Shown here in pieces: positions 1-10,000 of a stretch of 64,000 bases of DNA (its first letter is position 1; every line of letters begins with the position of its first letter). This DNA is from Andalucia godoyi And28. Taxonomy: Eukaryota > Protista > Jakobida. The stretch spans positions 1-64,000 of the forward strand of contig VRVR01000015.1 in assembly GCA_009859145.1 (NCBI GenBank), in the 5' to 3' direction. The notes under the pieces are model-generated. The model saw nothing but the letters and a program-made list of their open reading frames with translations, ran no database searches and had not been told where the DNA came from. Made by a program: the position numbers and the translations under genes.

Positions 1-597
1 CTTGCTGCACAGCGCCTGCAGCGAGATCGCCGACAGCACATCGGCTTGCGAGTACCCAATTCCGTCAGCATGCAGATCGTCATAGAGCTGCGCCAGCTGC
101 TCGCTCATCAAAGTCGCTGGAAAGACGAACTCCTCCGGTGAAGCATCAGATTCGCCCCTGTGACACAGAACACCATGCTTCCTCCACAAAGACTGCATTT
201 CGGAAGGCGACGTCGCTATCGAGGACGGTGCCGAGATGGGCTGACCGAGCCGCGGATCTCGGACTGTTTCCTCTGCTTCAAGACGCAGCGCATTCATCTG
301 TTCGCTCACCCGCGGGAGATGGTCAGCACCCGAAAGACGTCCAATGACAAGCTGGATTCGCTGGATCTCGCCTAGTGCTGATTGAACGGAGCTCTCGCAC
401 GTTGATACGACACGACCGTGCTCCGCAATGCGCGCCTCAAATGTTCCTTCGTACAATCGAATCTCTTCCTCCAGTTCGGACATCTGCTGCTTGCACTGCT
501 GCAACCGTGACAACAATCGCTCATCCGTCGGTGCTGCAGAGACCTCTGCTTCTAGTCGACCAACGTCAGCCGTCAATGATGCTCTCAACCGAGCCAT
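1..597 (-). CDS. Coiled-coil protein of unknown function, 3'-partial (runs off the left edge)
   Basis: My manual translation of the minus strand is open from 684 to base 1 (MARLRASLTADVGRLEAEVSAAPTDERLLSRLQQCKQQMSELEEEIRLYE...). First ATG is at 597. The ORF track omits it because there is no stop in the window. Heptad-like composition. Confidence 0.6.
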   Translation of the reverse strand, partial: MARLRASLTADVGRLEAEVSAAPTDERLLSRLQQCKQQMSELEEEIRLYEGTFEARIAEHGRVVSTCESSVQSALGEIQRIQLVIGRLSGADHLPRVSEQMNALRLEAEETVRDPRLGQPISAPSSIATSPSEMQSLWRKHGVLCHRGESDASPEEFVFPATLMSEQLAQLYDDLHADGIGYSQADVLSAISLQALCSK

Positions 598-783
598 CCG
601 GGTCCGCTCCGCGATGAAACTCTCTCTTAACGCCTTTGCAACTACCGGCTGCGCGTTCTGCAGTTGTACACAGATTTGGGCACGTCAGCGGGTCACTGCA
701 AGTGTAGCGATAAGAGGTGAGGAGGACGATGGTTACAGATGGAGAACGATTTCTGAAAAGAAAGGAAATCAAAATGATTTATT

Positions 784-2409
784 CTATGCAGCGTACACGA
801 CAACTGCATCTGTAGCAATACCGCAGTTGTTATTGTGGTTGCGTGCCATCCAGATATATCCGTTATTCGCCCAGTATGAAGACCAGCTGTTACGTACAAT
901 GTAGTAGTCTCCGCCGCTGGAGTCAGTGCCATATCCACTGGCTACAACCGCATGATCAAGGTCCGCAGCATCGGATTTGCACGTCGGCTCATAATAAACA
1001 CCACTACCGTAGAAGATAAACGACCGTGTAACCATAATGGCTACGGACACCGGGCCGACATTCGCAATCGCAGACGTGAGTGCTAATTCGTCTCCGACCG
1101 TCACATTCGCATATGACGCAATCTTGACATTGAACTTTGTGGCATCACTGTTGCAGTAGCCGTCCTGTCCAAGATAAGGGTAGTCTTGATCGAGGTTCAA
1201 TCCAACATTGTTCTGGAGCATATAGTCGTAAGCAGCAAAGGAATTTCCACCGTCGCAGCCGTTATTGAACGGATTCCATGCGCAGTCGACATACTGCTGC
1301 GGCGTCAACACTGGCAGCTGACCATACTTCATGAAATACGCTGACTCCAGAGTCTCGGTCGCCGAAAAGGACCAGCACGATCCGCAGAACGCTTGGTCCT
1401 TGACAGGGGTCTCTGCTCCCTTTGATGTCCAATCGACAGACGCTGGTAGGGGGTCGGAGACGCTCGGTACATACGATTCCGGTGCGTTTGCAGCGAGGGA
1501 CATGGGCTTGGACGATACAAACGATCCCTTCAGCTCATCAATATGCATGTCTGCAAAGTCATTCACATGCATGCGGAAAGCCTTGTGATTCGAATTGTGA
1601 TCATGGATGAACAACAAGTTATCGATGAACAAAGTGTGCCTCTTGTCGTGCTCGCCGTCGGCAGAGTAGTTTCTTCCGTGAATGTTCTTGTACTTGCTGA
1701 AGGCACTGGAGTGCGAGTTTGGTGGGAACATTGCCTCCATGTAGTGAAGCGAAGACCGCGAGCGCTCTCCAATCGTCTCTGCAGCCTCGGACGTGCAGAC
1801 TGCGGGAGCTGCAAAATCGGAGTTTCCGAAAAGACGAGGCTCAAACGAAGTGTAGTCCACAACATACTGGTCAAAGTGCGACATGCCAATGACGTTGTAT
1901 CCCATCATGGCGAATCGAACGGGGACAGCGAAACCGCCTTGAACATTCACGTAGAAATCATAAACGTTGGTCTTGCTACCTTCAGGGTCCGTGAGTCGCC
2001 AGTGCTGAACTTGCTGCTGGTTCAAAAACTCAACAGCGACAAACGTCCAGCCAGAAAGAGTCAGGTCTGGAAGCATGGTTGTCAGACTAATGTTCTGCCC
2101 AGCAGGGTTCTGCGCCACAGCGCACGCAGGCTTGTTGATGCGAGTGTACACCTCGTACGTAGTCGGCTGGGACACATCATTGCGATAAATGAAGTAATCA
2201 AGACCGTTATACCACTCCAAGCGAATGCGACCATTCACTCCGTCGTAACGCAACGTGACGGGCTCGACGAGATGCGCATATGGAAGGGAGAATGTTCCGG
2301 TCAGCAAGAAGCTGTTTGGGAACTTCGGAACAGACACTGCTGCAGCGAGCCCAATCAGCGACGCAGCTGCCACGAGCGCGACGCAGGACTTCAGCAGAGA
2401 CAGAGACAT
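784..2409 (-). CDS. Papain-family (C1A) cysteine protease with long N-terminal extension, CfaD / insect 26-29 kDa proteinase type
   Basis: Signal peptide MSLSLLKSCVALVAAASLIGLAAA. A ~200-aa extension (FSLPYAHLVEP...PVRFAMMGYN...HFDQYVVDY) is typical of CfaD/26-29p. I29 prodomain follows, then catalytic QAFCGSCWSF, LDHAVV and RNSW. Confidence 0.93.
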   Translation of the reverse strand: MSLSLLKSCVALVAAASLIGLAAAVSVPKFPNSFLLTGTFSLPYAHLVEPVTLRYDGVNGRIRLEWYNGLDYFIYRNDVSQPTTYEVYTRINKPACAVAQNPAGQNISLTTMLPDLTLSGWTFVAVEFLNQQQVQHWRLTDPEGSKTNVYDFYVNVQGGFAVPVRFAMMGYNVIGMSHFDQYVVDYTSFEPRLFGNSDFAAPAVCTSEAAETIGERSRSSLHYMEAMFPPNSHSSAFSKYKNIHGRNYSADGEHDKRHTLFIDNLLFIHDHNSNHKAFRMHVNDFADMHIDELKGSFVSSKPMSLAANAPESYVPSVSDPLPASVDWTSKGAETPVKDQAFCGSCWSFSATETLESAYFMKYGQLPVLTPQQYVDCAWNPFNNGCDGGNSFAAYDYMLQNNVGLNLDQDYPYLGQDGYCNSDATKFNVKIASYANVTVGDELALTSAIANVGPVSVAIMVTRSFIFYGSGVYYEPTCKSDAADLDHAVVASGYGTDSSGGDYYIVRNSWSSYWANNGYIWMARNHNNNCGIATDAVVVYAA

Positions 2410-2844
2410 GAACGCCGAGTTTTTAAAAGAAATAAAAACAAAGAAACGAGAGAGAACAGAACAGAAGAGGAGGAATTATAACAACACGAAGTAGGAAGAA
2501 AGAAGCAAAGCAAAGCAAAAAAAAAAATTATATTAAAAAAAATGCGGCAGAACAGAAAGGAAATTCCAAAGGGAACGGCAAATGCGAAAGGAAACAGCGA
2601 TGCAGTTTGAACTCAGGAAGGGGAAATCCCCTTTGGATTTTCGCTGCTTATGTACTGGTGCTTCAAGTGAGACTGGCCACAGCTGTCCGCCCTCTGCTTT
2701 TTCTTTTTTGATTCCACTGGTGTGCATGTATGCTCAGGTTTTTTTTTTTTCGCGTTTCATTTTCTGTTTTTTATATTTATTTTTCTTTTTTGTTTCCGGC
2801 TTAGGGACGACAACTCAAAAAAGGAAAAAGAGAAAACACCCAGG

Positions 2845-4326
2845 ATGTCTATTCTGCAAATTGAACCACTTACGTTGCGGATTTCCGATGTCCACTCAGC
2901 TGCAAGCGACAAGGTAATTCTCGAGAACACGTCACTTGCAATCGACAAGAAGCGCAAGTATGCTCTTCTGGGGAAGAACGGGTGTGGAAAGAGTACGCTG
3001 CTGAAGTATATTCAAAAGCAACTGCCCTATGATTGCCATCTATGTGAACAAGAAGTGTCCGACTCGGACAAGACATGCTACGAGCACTTTATCTCTCTCT
3101 TTCCCGAGATCGATGCTGTTTTCAAGCAACCGGACTCGGTGGAGCGCGACACCGTCCTAGTTGAAAATGACTTTGACAAGGTCAACGTGCTGATTCGACG
3201 TCTGGCAGCTGGTCTAGACATCAATTTGGATGTGAAGATTAACCAGTTATCCGGGGGTTGGAAGATGCGTTTGTCCATCGCCGGTGGCATTCTCTTGAAA
3301 CCCAAGTTGCTGATTCTGGATGAGCCAACCAATCATCTTGATCTGGAAGCGACGGTATTTTTGACGGAATTCCTCCAAGAATATCGAAATGCCATTCTGG
3401 TTGTGTCGCATGACGAGGCATTCATTGACAATGTTAGCGATTTTTTGTGGTACATCACGGACGATCGACAGTTGCGCGTGTTTGCTACAGACTATCACAC
3501 ATTCCGCCAACAACTGAAGGACGAGTATGATATTGCAACGAAGCACTACAAAGATTACCAAAAGAAGTTGGCAAACTATAAGAAATCGGGCAAAACAAAG
3601 GAAGAGGTAGACAAATTCATCAAAAAACACGACATGCCTCGGCCGAACCCGCCGTATGAGGTCCGTGTTTTGTTTTATCAAGTGCCGGTTATTGAGCGGT
3701 GCATTATTGAGCTTGAGCACGTGTCCTTTAACTACCCTTTTGTTGCAGAAGATGGATCGGCGGGTACCAAACAGATTTTGAAAGATATCAATTTCTCGGT
3801 GTGGATGAATTCGCGTATCACACTGACGGGGAAGAACGGGAGCGGGAAGAGTACGTTGCTCAAGTTGATTGCGGGACAGTTGGAGCCATCAGCAGGATAT
3901 CGACACTTTGACCAGCGTATTCGAGTGGGCTACTATTCACAGCACTTCAATCTCCCAGAGGACATCACTCCCGTGCAGTATTTGATGAACGTGTCCATCG
4001 AAAAGGTTGAAGAACAGAAAGCGCGCCAGTATCTTGGTACGATCGGACTCAAAACGGAATCTCACGGCAAGCTCATTGGTGAACTGTCTGGTGGTCAAAA
4101 GTCGCGAACCCTTCTCGCGTCTCTCTTCTTAATTCAGCCGCATATTTTGTTGCTAGACGAGCCCACGAACCATCTCGACATCGAGACCATTGAGGGCCTT
4201 ACGAATGCAATCAACGAATATTCAGGTGGACTCGTCATGATCACACATGACAAGCGACTGATTGAGAAAACTGAGAGCGAGATTTATGTCGTTGAAAATC
4301 AAGGAGTCAAGAAAGTGTCGAAGTAA
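2845..4326 (+). CDS. ABC-F family ATPase (soluble, two ABC domains), compact, no N-terminal extension
   Basis: Walker A GKNGCGKS and GKNGSGKS; signatures LSGGW and LSGGQ; two LDEPTNHLD motifs; H-loops SHD and THD; no TM segment. Start moved to ATG 2845 (MSILQIEP) because the upstream in-frame part is T-rich UTR-like sequence. Confidence 0.92.
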   Translation: MSILQIEPLTLRISDVHSAASDKVILENTSLAIDKKRKYALLGKNGCGKSTLLKYIQKQLPYDCHLCEQEVSDSDKTCYEHFISLFPEIDAVFKQPDSVERDTVLVENDFDKVNVLIRRLAAGLDINLDVKINQLSGGWKMRLSIAGGILLKPKLLILDEPTNHLDLEATVFLTEFLQEYRNAILVVSHDEAFIDNVSDFLWYITDDRQLRVFATDYHTFRQQLKDEYDIATKHYKDYQKKLANYKKSGKTKEEVDKFIKKHDMPRPNPPYEVRVLFYQVPVIERCIIELEHVSFNYPFVAEDGSAGTKQILKDINFSVWMNSRITLTGKNGSGKSTLLKLIAGQLEPSAGYRHFDQRIRVGYYSQHFNLPEDITPVQYLMNVSIEKVEEQKARQYLGTIGLKTESHGKLIGELSGGQKSRTLLASLFLIQPHILLLDEPTNHLDIETIEGLTNAINEYSGGLVMITHDKRLIEKTESEIYVVENQGVKKVSK

Positions 4327-4386
4327 AACTAAAAATATTAGATGGCAGTTAACAGAAAGACGATTCGACTCTGCTTTACGAGTGCA

Positions 4387-6072
4387 CTACATTTGCGCGG
4401 CATACGCAGGGCCCCCAGAACCCTCCGGCACGACCCAGTTAATGTTCTGCGTAGGATCCTTGATATCACAAGCCTTGCAATGCAAGCAATTCTGAGCATT
4501 GATGACAAGCCGCCCTTCAACATACTCATACACTTTTGCTGGGCAAAATCTGCTCTCCGGCCCATCATACACCGGAAGATTCACCTTCTGCGGCACTGCC
4601 GGATCCTTGAGCGTCAGATGGGCAGGCTGGTCGTGTTCGTGATTCGTACCTGAGCGCGCAAGCTGCGTCAAAAGGTCAAATGAAATCACGCCGTCCGGCT
4701 TCGGGTAGGCAATCTTTTCACATTCGGCAGCCGGCTTCGTGCACTCGTGGTCAGCATGCTTCATGTGCAGAGTCCATGGTGCACGTCCGCGAAACAGGTA
4801 CGTATCCACTGCAGAGTACGCAAGAGCAGGCAGAAATCCCCACTGGAATGCCGGACGGATGTTGCGGACCTTGTGCAAATCTTCCCAGACCCAAGAGTTC
4901 TTCAAACGGTCATAATAACTGGTGGCCTCGGAACTTCCGGAATTGAATGCCTCCACAATGGCCTCGGCTGCAAGCATGCCCGACTTCATTGCATTGTGTG
5001 TGCCCTTGATCTTTGGAACATTGACAAATCCAGCGGAATCTCCAACAAGTACGCCTCCCGGAAACGAAACCTTGGGCAGAGACTGCAGCCCGCCTTCTGA
5101 AATGGTGCGCGCCCCGTATGAAATGCACCTGCCTCCTTCGAGCAAACTTTGAATGAACGGATGTTTCTTCCATCTTTGCAGCTCTTGGAAGGGACTCAAA
5201 TATGTATTTTCGTAATCAAGGCCAACCACAAACCCAAGCGACACCTTGTTGTTCTCCCAATGGTACAGCCAGGACCCTCCATACGTCTTCATATCCATCG
5301 GCCATCCAACGGTGTGCACAATCTTTCCTGCCTCAAACTTGGACGGCACAACCTCCCACACTTCCTTCACCCCAAGACCGTACGTTTGTGGGTCTGCATT
5401 CTTTCGCAGCCCAAACTTGTCAAAAAGATTCTTGGTGAGTGATCCACGACAGCCTTCTCCTAGAACCGTCTGACGAGCTCGCAGCTGCACGCCAGGAGCG
5501 AAGCTGTCCTTCACGGTGCCGTCCTTTGCAATTCCGGAATCACTTGTGATAACACCTCGAAGCTGCCCATCCTCGACAATAACATCCGCTGCGGCAAAAC
5601 CAGGGAAAACATCGACCCCAGCATCCTCGCATTGCTTTCCCAGCCATTGAACAACAGCGCCAAGGGAGACGATGTAATTGCCGTGATTCTGCATCTGAGG
5701 AGGGGTTGGAAGTCGGACATGTTTCTTGTCGTTCAGAAGCCAAACAAAGTAATCATTCTTGGCCTCTTGGTGGATCGGAGCACCAAGAGATTTCCAGTCT
5801 GGGATAAGCTCATTCATGGCCTGCATCTCAATGCAGGCTCCCGACAGCGTGTGGGCGCCAATCTCAGCGCCCTTTTCAATCACACAAACATTCAAATTCG
5901 AATCCAGCTGTTTCAGTCGAAGGGCAGTAGCGAGTCCGGCGGGACCTGCGCCAACGATCAGAACATCAAACTCCATCACTTCGCGGTCCACATTCGGAGC
6001 CAGCGCAAAAAGCCGCTTGGACACAGCGCTGCAGCTTATCTTCTTTACCGGATTCGAAAAGATGCGGAACAT
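4387..6072 (-). CDS. ETFDH: Electron transfer flavoprotein-ubiquinone oxidoreductase, mitochondrial
   Basis: FAD motif DVLIVGAGPAGL; GAHTLSGA; GEGCRGSL; NVPKIKGTHNAMKSG; 4Fe-4S ligands RFCPA...INAQNCLHCKACDIKDP; basic N-terminal targeting peptide. ATG at 6072 (the track start at 6078 is TTG). Confidence 0.97.
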   Translation of the reverse strand: MFRIFSNPVKKISCSAVSKRLFALAPNVDREVMEFDVLIVGAGPAGLATALRLKQLDSNLNVCVIEKGAEIGAHTLSGACIEMQAMNELIPDWKSLGAPIHQEAKNDYFVWLLNDKKHVRLPTPPQMQNHGNYIVSLGAVVQWLGKQCEDAGVDVFPGFAAADVIVEDGQLRGVITSDSGIAKDGTVKDSFAPGVQLRARQTVLGEGCRGSLTKNLFDKFGLRKNADPQTYGLGVKEVWEVVPSKFEAGKIVHTVGWPMDMKTYGGSWLYHWENNKVSLGFVVGLDYENTYLSPFQELQRWKKHPFIQSLLEGGRCISYGARTISEGGLQSLPKVSFPGGVLVGDSAGFVNVPKIKGTHNAMKSGMLAAEAIVEAFNSGSSEATSYYDRLKNSWVWEDLHKVRNIRPAFQWGFLPALAYSAVDTYLFRGRAPWTLHMKHADHECTKPAAECEKIAYPKPDGVISFDLLTQLARSGTNHEHDQPAHLTLKDPAVPQKVNLPVYDGPESRFCPAKVYEYVEGRLVINAQNCLHCKACDIKDPTQNINWVVPEGSGGPAYAAQM

Positions 6073-6133
6073 TCTCAACTACCTCTCTAAGACGCCAATA
6101 CGTATGGATCAGACGACGTATGAATTCTAAAAC

Positions 6134-6135
<2 letters not shown>

Positions 6136-6202
<67 letters not shown>
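6136..6202. repeat. (GA)n microsatellite
   Basis: Perfect dinucleotide run directly upstream of ETFDH. Confidence 0.97.
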
Positions 6203-6207
<5 letters not shown>

Positions 6208-6801
6208 TCAAAAGTGAAGAAAACCTGGTTTTCGACTTCAGAAAGCGCCAAGCTCAAGCTCCTTTCGACTTCAACCTCTCGTGCTCTCACTACTGCGTAC
6301 GACAGTAGTCGTCGTGAATCCGGCCATCACGTTGGGATTAATTAAGCACCCGCCGCCTTGGGGGGGGAGCGTCCTTGAGAGAATTGTTGTACCACGTACG
6401 CTATTCCAGTTTCGAACCATCCTGGAGCAGTAAATCCTCAGTGGACATAAGAACTCCGCAGATTAACGATGACAGCTTTGCAGAAACACAAAAGAGAAAT
6501 GCACACTGAGAAAAATAATGTGTCTTTTCGGTGTAACACGCCGCTGCCACTTACTGCAATTGCGATATGATGAAGCAATCTAAAGCACACGTAAACAAGC
6601 ACGCTGCCACGCGCCATGCGCATGCGTTTGCTATCTTGGCATCTCCGTCACACGATGCTCCGATTCGTTTCGCCCCGTTTTGATCATGAAATCCCTATAA
6701 ACACGCCATCGCGTTTGCATTCTCGCACAGCGACGCTCATTACTTATTCTTTATTTTTATTGTCCATGCAACGCAACATCTCTCGTAAGAACGTCTCGCA
6801 T

Positions 6802-6926
6802 GCCGAGGGGCGTGTTGGGGCCCACCCCCTTCCCAATCATGCTATGCATGTTGTTGCGTTGCAACATTGATTATGGGTGATCAGCGATGATTATCCGTGG
6901 TCAGTGTACAATGTAGGCGTCCGGAG
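6802..6926 (+). repeat. Dispersed degenerate repeat family R2, copy 1
   Basis: gccgaggggcgtgttggggcccacccccttccc (6802-6834) matches the reverse complement of 28374-28406 at 30/33 nt. Further colinear blocks are atgcatgt, tatccgt and cagtg.a.aat.taggcgtc..ggag. Confidence 0.7.
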
Positions 6927-7057
6927 TAAAAGTCTTCGTATACGCGAGTGGGTATGAATGCGAATGTGGTATACAAGTGGGTGCTTCTTGACTGTTCGGC
7001 TATGTATTACTATAATCATTATTATTATTTACTTTGCCTTCCTCACTCACGCTTGTG

Positions 7058-10000
7058 TCAGGAGCGGGACGCCAGTTTTGCCATGATGTCTTCCTTCTCC
7101 AAAACAAGACGATCCATGTCTGCTTGAATTTCAGCAGCTCTTTCAAAATCTTCATTGTCCGACGCTGCAACAATGTCTGCATCGTGCTGCATCAGTACCT
7201 GTTCAATTTCAATCAACCTGGCATTCCAGATGATGGCAGGATCCTCCTCCTCCGTTTGCATCGCTTCCACAGTGCTTCCTGCCTCTGCATCATCATCTGT
7301 CTCCTCGTGCATTTCCGTATCGGCATCGGCACTCACATTCGGAGCCAAGAAATCAAACGACGGCGACACTTCAGCACCAGGACTTTCCGCTCCCAGCGAA
7401 TGTGCATTTGCTGCTGATGCGTCTTCATCACTCGACAACCCAAGCATATCATGGAAGCCGACGGACAGCTCATCTTCCACATGTCCAGCATGTTCGGTAC
7501 TCTCTTCTGCATCCACCTCTGTTGACTCCACTGAGCTTTCCGGCAACAACACCATGCCGTTTGCAACGTCGGATGCATGTTTCGACGAGAGAACTTTGCG
7601 CTCGGTTTCGCAGACGGACATTTCCTGACGAACATAGTCCAGCTCCTGAATGGACATCTTCTTGCCAGAGGACATCTCCTTTCCCAAAAGATTCAGTTGC
7701 TCGGTAAGGAAACGAATTCTTTCGATGTCATATGTCCGCTCTTCCTGCTGAAGAAGAGAGCTCGCCATGACAGATTCATTCGACAACTGTTCTGATTTTC
7801 GGTTCTCTGCCAACAGCTCATCGGACAATGCGGAAATCATTGTCTCACCTTCCACTTGCAGTTGTTGGAACTGCTTGATTTCATTGGTAATCCGCTGTGC
7901 TTCGCGGAAATTGCGGGCGGCGACGGCCAGCTTCTTCTCCTTTTCTAACTCAGGCAGTCGCACTTCAGCGGTTGCCATGTTTTGCCGCATCGAGGAAATT
8001 TCATTCTGAATTCTAAGCTTACTGCTCGCCGATTTCTGAATGTCCTCTTCCAGCGCGGATACCGATTCCCGCAATCGTTCAATTCGTCGATAGGCAGCAT
8101 TTTCAACATCGCGGATCGACGATAGAATCTTCAATTCCTCAACAGACTGTTCTGTCAGAGACTCTGCTTCCGAAGCCTGGGTTTCCAAAGCCGCATACTG
8201 CGCAGCAAGACGGTCAAAAACTTCTCGGGACTTCCTTTCTCTTTCTCGAAACACCAGTGCCTTGGAATCAACCTCTGCCTGCTTCTTCGCCACATCCGCT
8301 CTTTCCTTCTCAAATGATCGGAGGATGTCGGTCAGCTGCTTCTGCTCGGCTATTATCTGATCCTTGTCTCGATCAAACCGCGACGACATCTGAGAAATAC
8401 GAGTGACGGTTTCCTCATGCGTCTTTGTCAATCGTGAATGCTCCGCGCGCTTCAGCCGGAGCTGCACCTCCAACGCAGCAATTTCTTCTTCAACTGCCTG
8501 CTTTCTCCTTTCAACTTCCGTCTTTTGCTGTTGCAAGTCGGCAGTAGAGGAATCGATCTTCGCTTGAAGGGATGCCATGCGCTGACGCACATCCTCCAGA
8601 TCCAAGTTGGCATGCCGTTCACGGCGAGCGATTCTCAACGATGCTTCGCTGATTTCGGACTCCAGATTCAAGATGTCCTCGGAAGGAACATAAATATTTT
8701 GTTCTACGATCATCTCTTGTTCCGCGAGAAGACTCTGCATTTGATCCAAGTATGTTTCAAACACTTTCTTGCGCTGCTCCGCAGTTTCCTGAGTCGCCTT
8801 TTCGATTTCCGCAAACTTAGACTCAAACCCATCTAACAGGAACTGAGTTTGTGCAATGGATTCCAGACACTTCCCGATGCGCTCTGTAACAATGTTTGCC
8901 CGGTCGAAATCCTCAGACATCGCAGCCTCTTCCAATTCATTCTGCAAGCTCGCACTGGCTCGACGCAGTTCTGAGAGATCGCAAAACGCCTTTCGCCGAA
9001 GAAAGGACGAACATCTCATCTCATTGCGGATGCTGTCTTCTGTACCACGGACTTTGCTCAAATCACGTTGCAGCGCAGCATTCAGCGCCTCCGCTGCCTG
9101 CAGCAAGTGCTTCGGAATCGCCGCGGTCGGAATGTCAGCCTTCATCTGCAGAGACTCCTGTTGGGGCACCTGCTGTGCAAGAACAACCGATTCGCTCTTG
9201 GAGTCCGTCGTCGTGCTTGCAGGCACTTCAACGGCATGAATTGCAGGTGCAGATGCAGGCGCCGCCGACACAATTGGTTTTTGATCTAATGGATTCTTAT
9301 GATCCGCATTCACCGGCACTTTGTCTACACGCAGAGCATCCTCCTCATCAGCCGCTCCATCCAGTTTTCTACTGTTTTCATTTGCAGGTGCCAAATTATC
9401 TGTTTTCGACATGGAAGTGGCAACTGCAGGAGCCGGTTGCTTCCGATCTGACGAAATCTCTTGATCGACGTCAGCCGGCGCAGGGTCCGATTGCAAAGCC
9501 TCCGCCTGACTGTCCGTTCCATCCTCCGTTTTTCCGCTGCCATCAGCAGCTCCAATTTTACCTCCTTTCCGTCTGCGAGTGGCAACCCGAGCAGGTTGCT
9601 TCCGTTCACTAGTCTCGCCGGAAGTTCCCTCAACAGGCGATGGCGGGCGGAAGACGACCGCATCATCCAGAACCGGCGCAACGGTCTTTGGTCCATTGGA
9701 GCTTCTCGCTCCTACCGTGGCGGAATCGACAGCAGAAGACGCATTGGACAACACGCTAGCAGACACGCGGCTGCTGTCTTCTCCGGCATTTCTTTGCGGT
9801 GGTCCTCCAGTGTTGGAGCTGGTGCTCTGACTACTCCGCTCGCTGGATGCATGTGCACTCGAATGAGCCGATGCAGGGCTGCTACTATGAGCAGCAGTTC
9901 CCGACGATCCAGAAGTCGCCTTTCTCGTCGATGTCGGCGCAACGTTCATCCCCGCAAACAGCCCCATATCATCCGAAGCAGCTCCAGCCGATGCAACCCC

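Noticed and set aside
1543-2481. 312-aa plus-strand ORF and many similar shadow ORFs (e.g. 17178..17987, 22137..23060, 35887..37068)
   Set aside because: They lie antisense or out of frame within strong genes, where codon bias explains the lack of stops, and they show no motifs.
5966-6308. ORFs encoding SLSLSL/RERERE (also at 51365-51583, 62019-62329, 63441-63951, and the 5' part of 32235..33680)
   Set aside because: They are translations of dinucleotide microsatellites and not credible proteins.
6406-6425. GTTCGAA T-loop-like sequence in a short stem (minus strand)
   Set aside because: No acceptor, D or anticodon arms can be built, so it is not a tRNA.
6567-6573. C-box-like ATGATGA
   Set aside because: There is no CTGA D-box at a plausible distance and no terminal stem.
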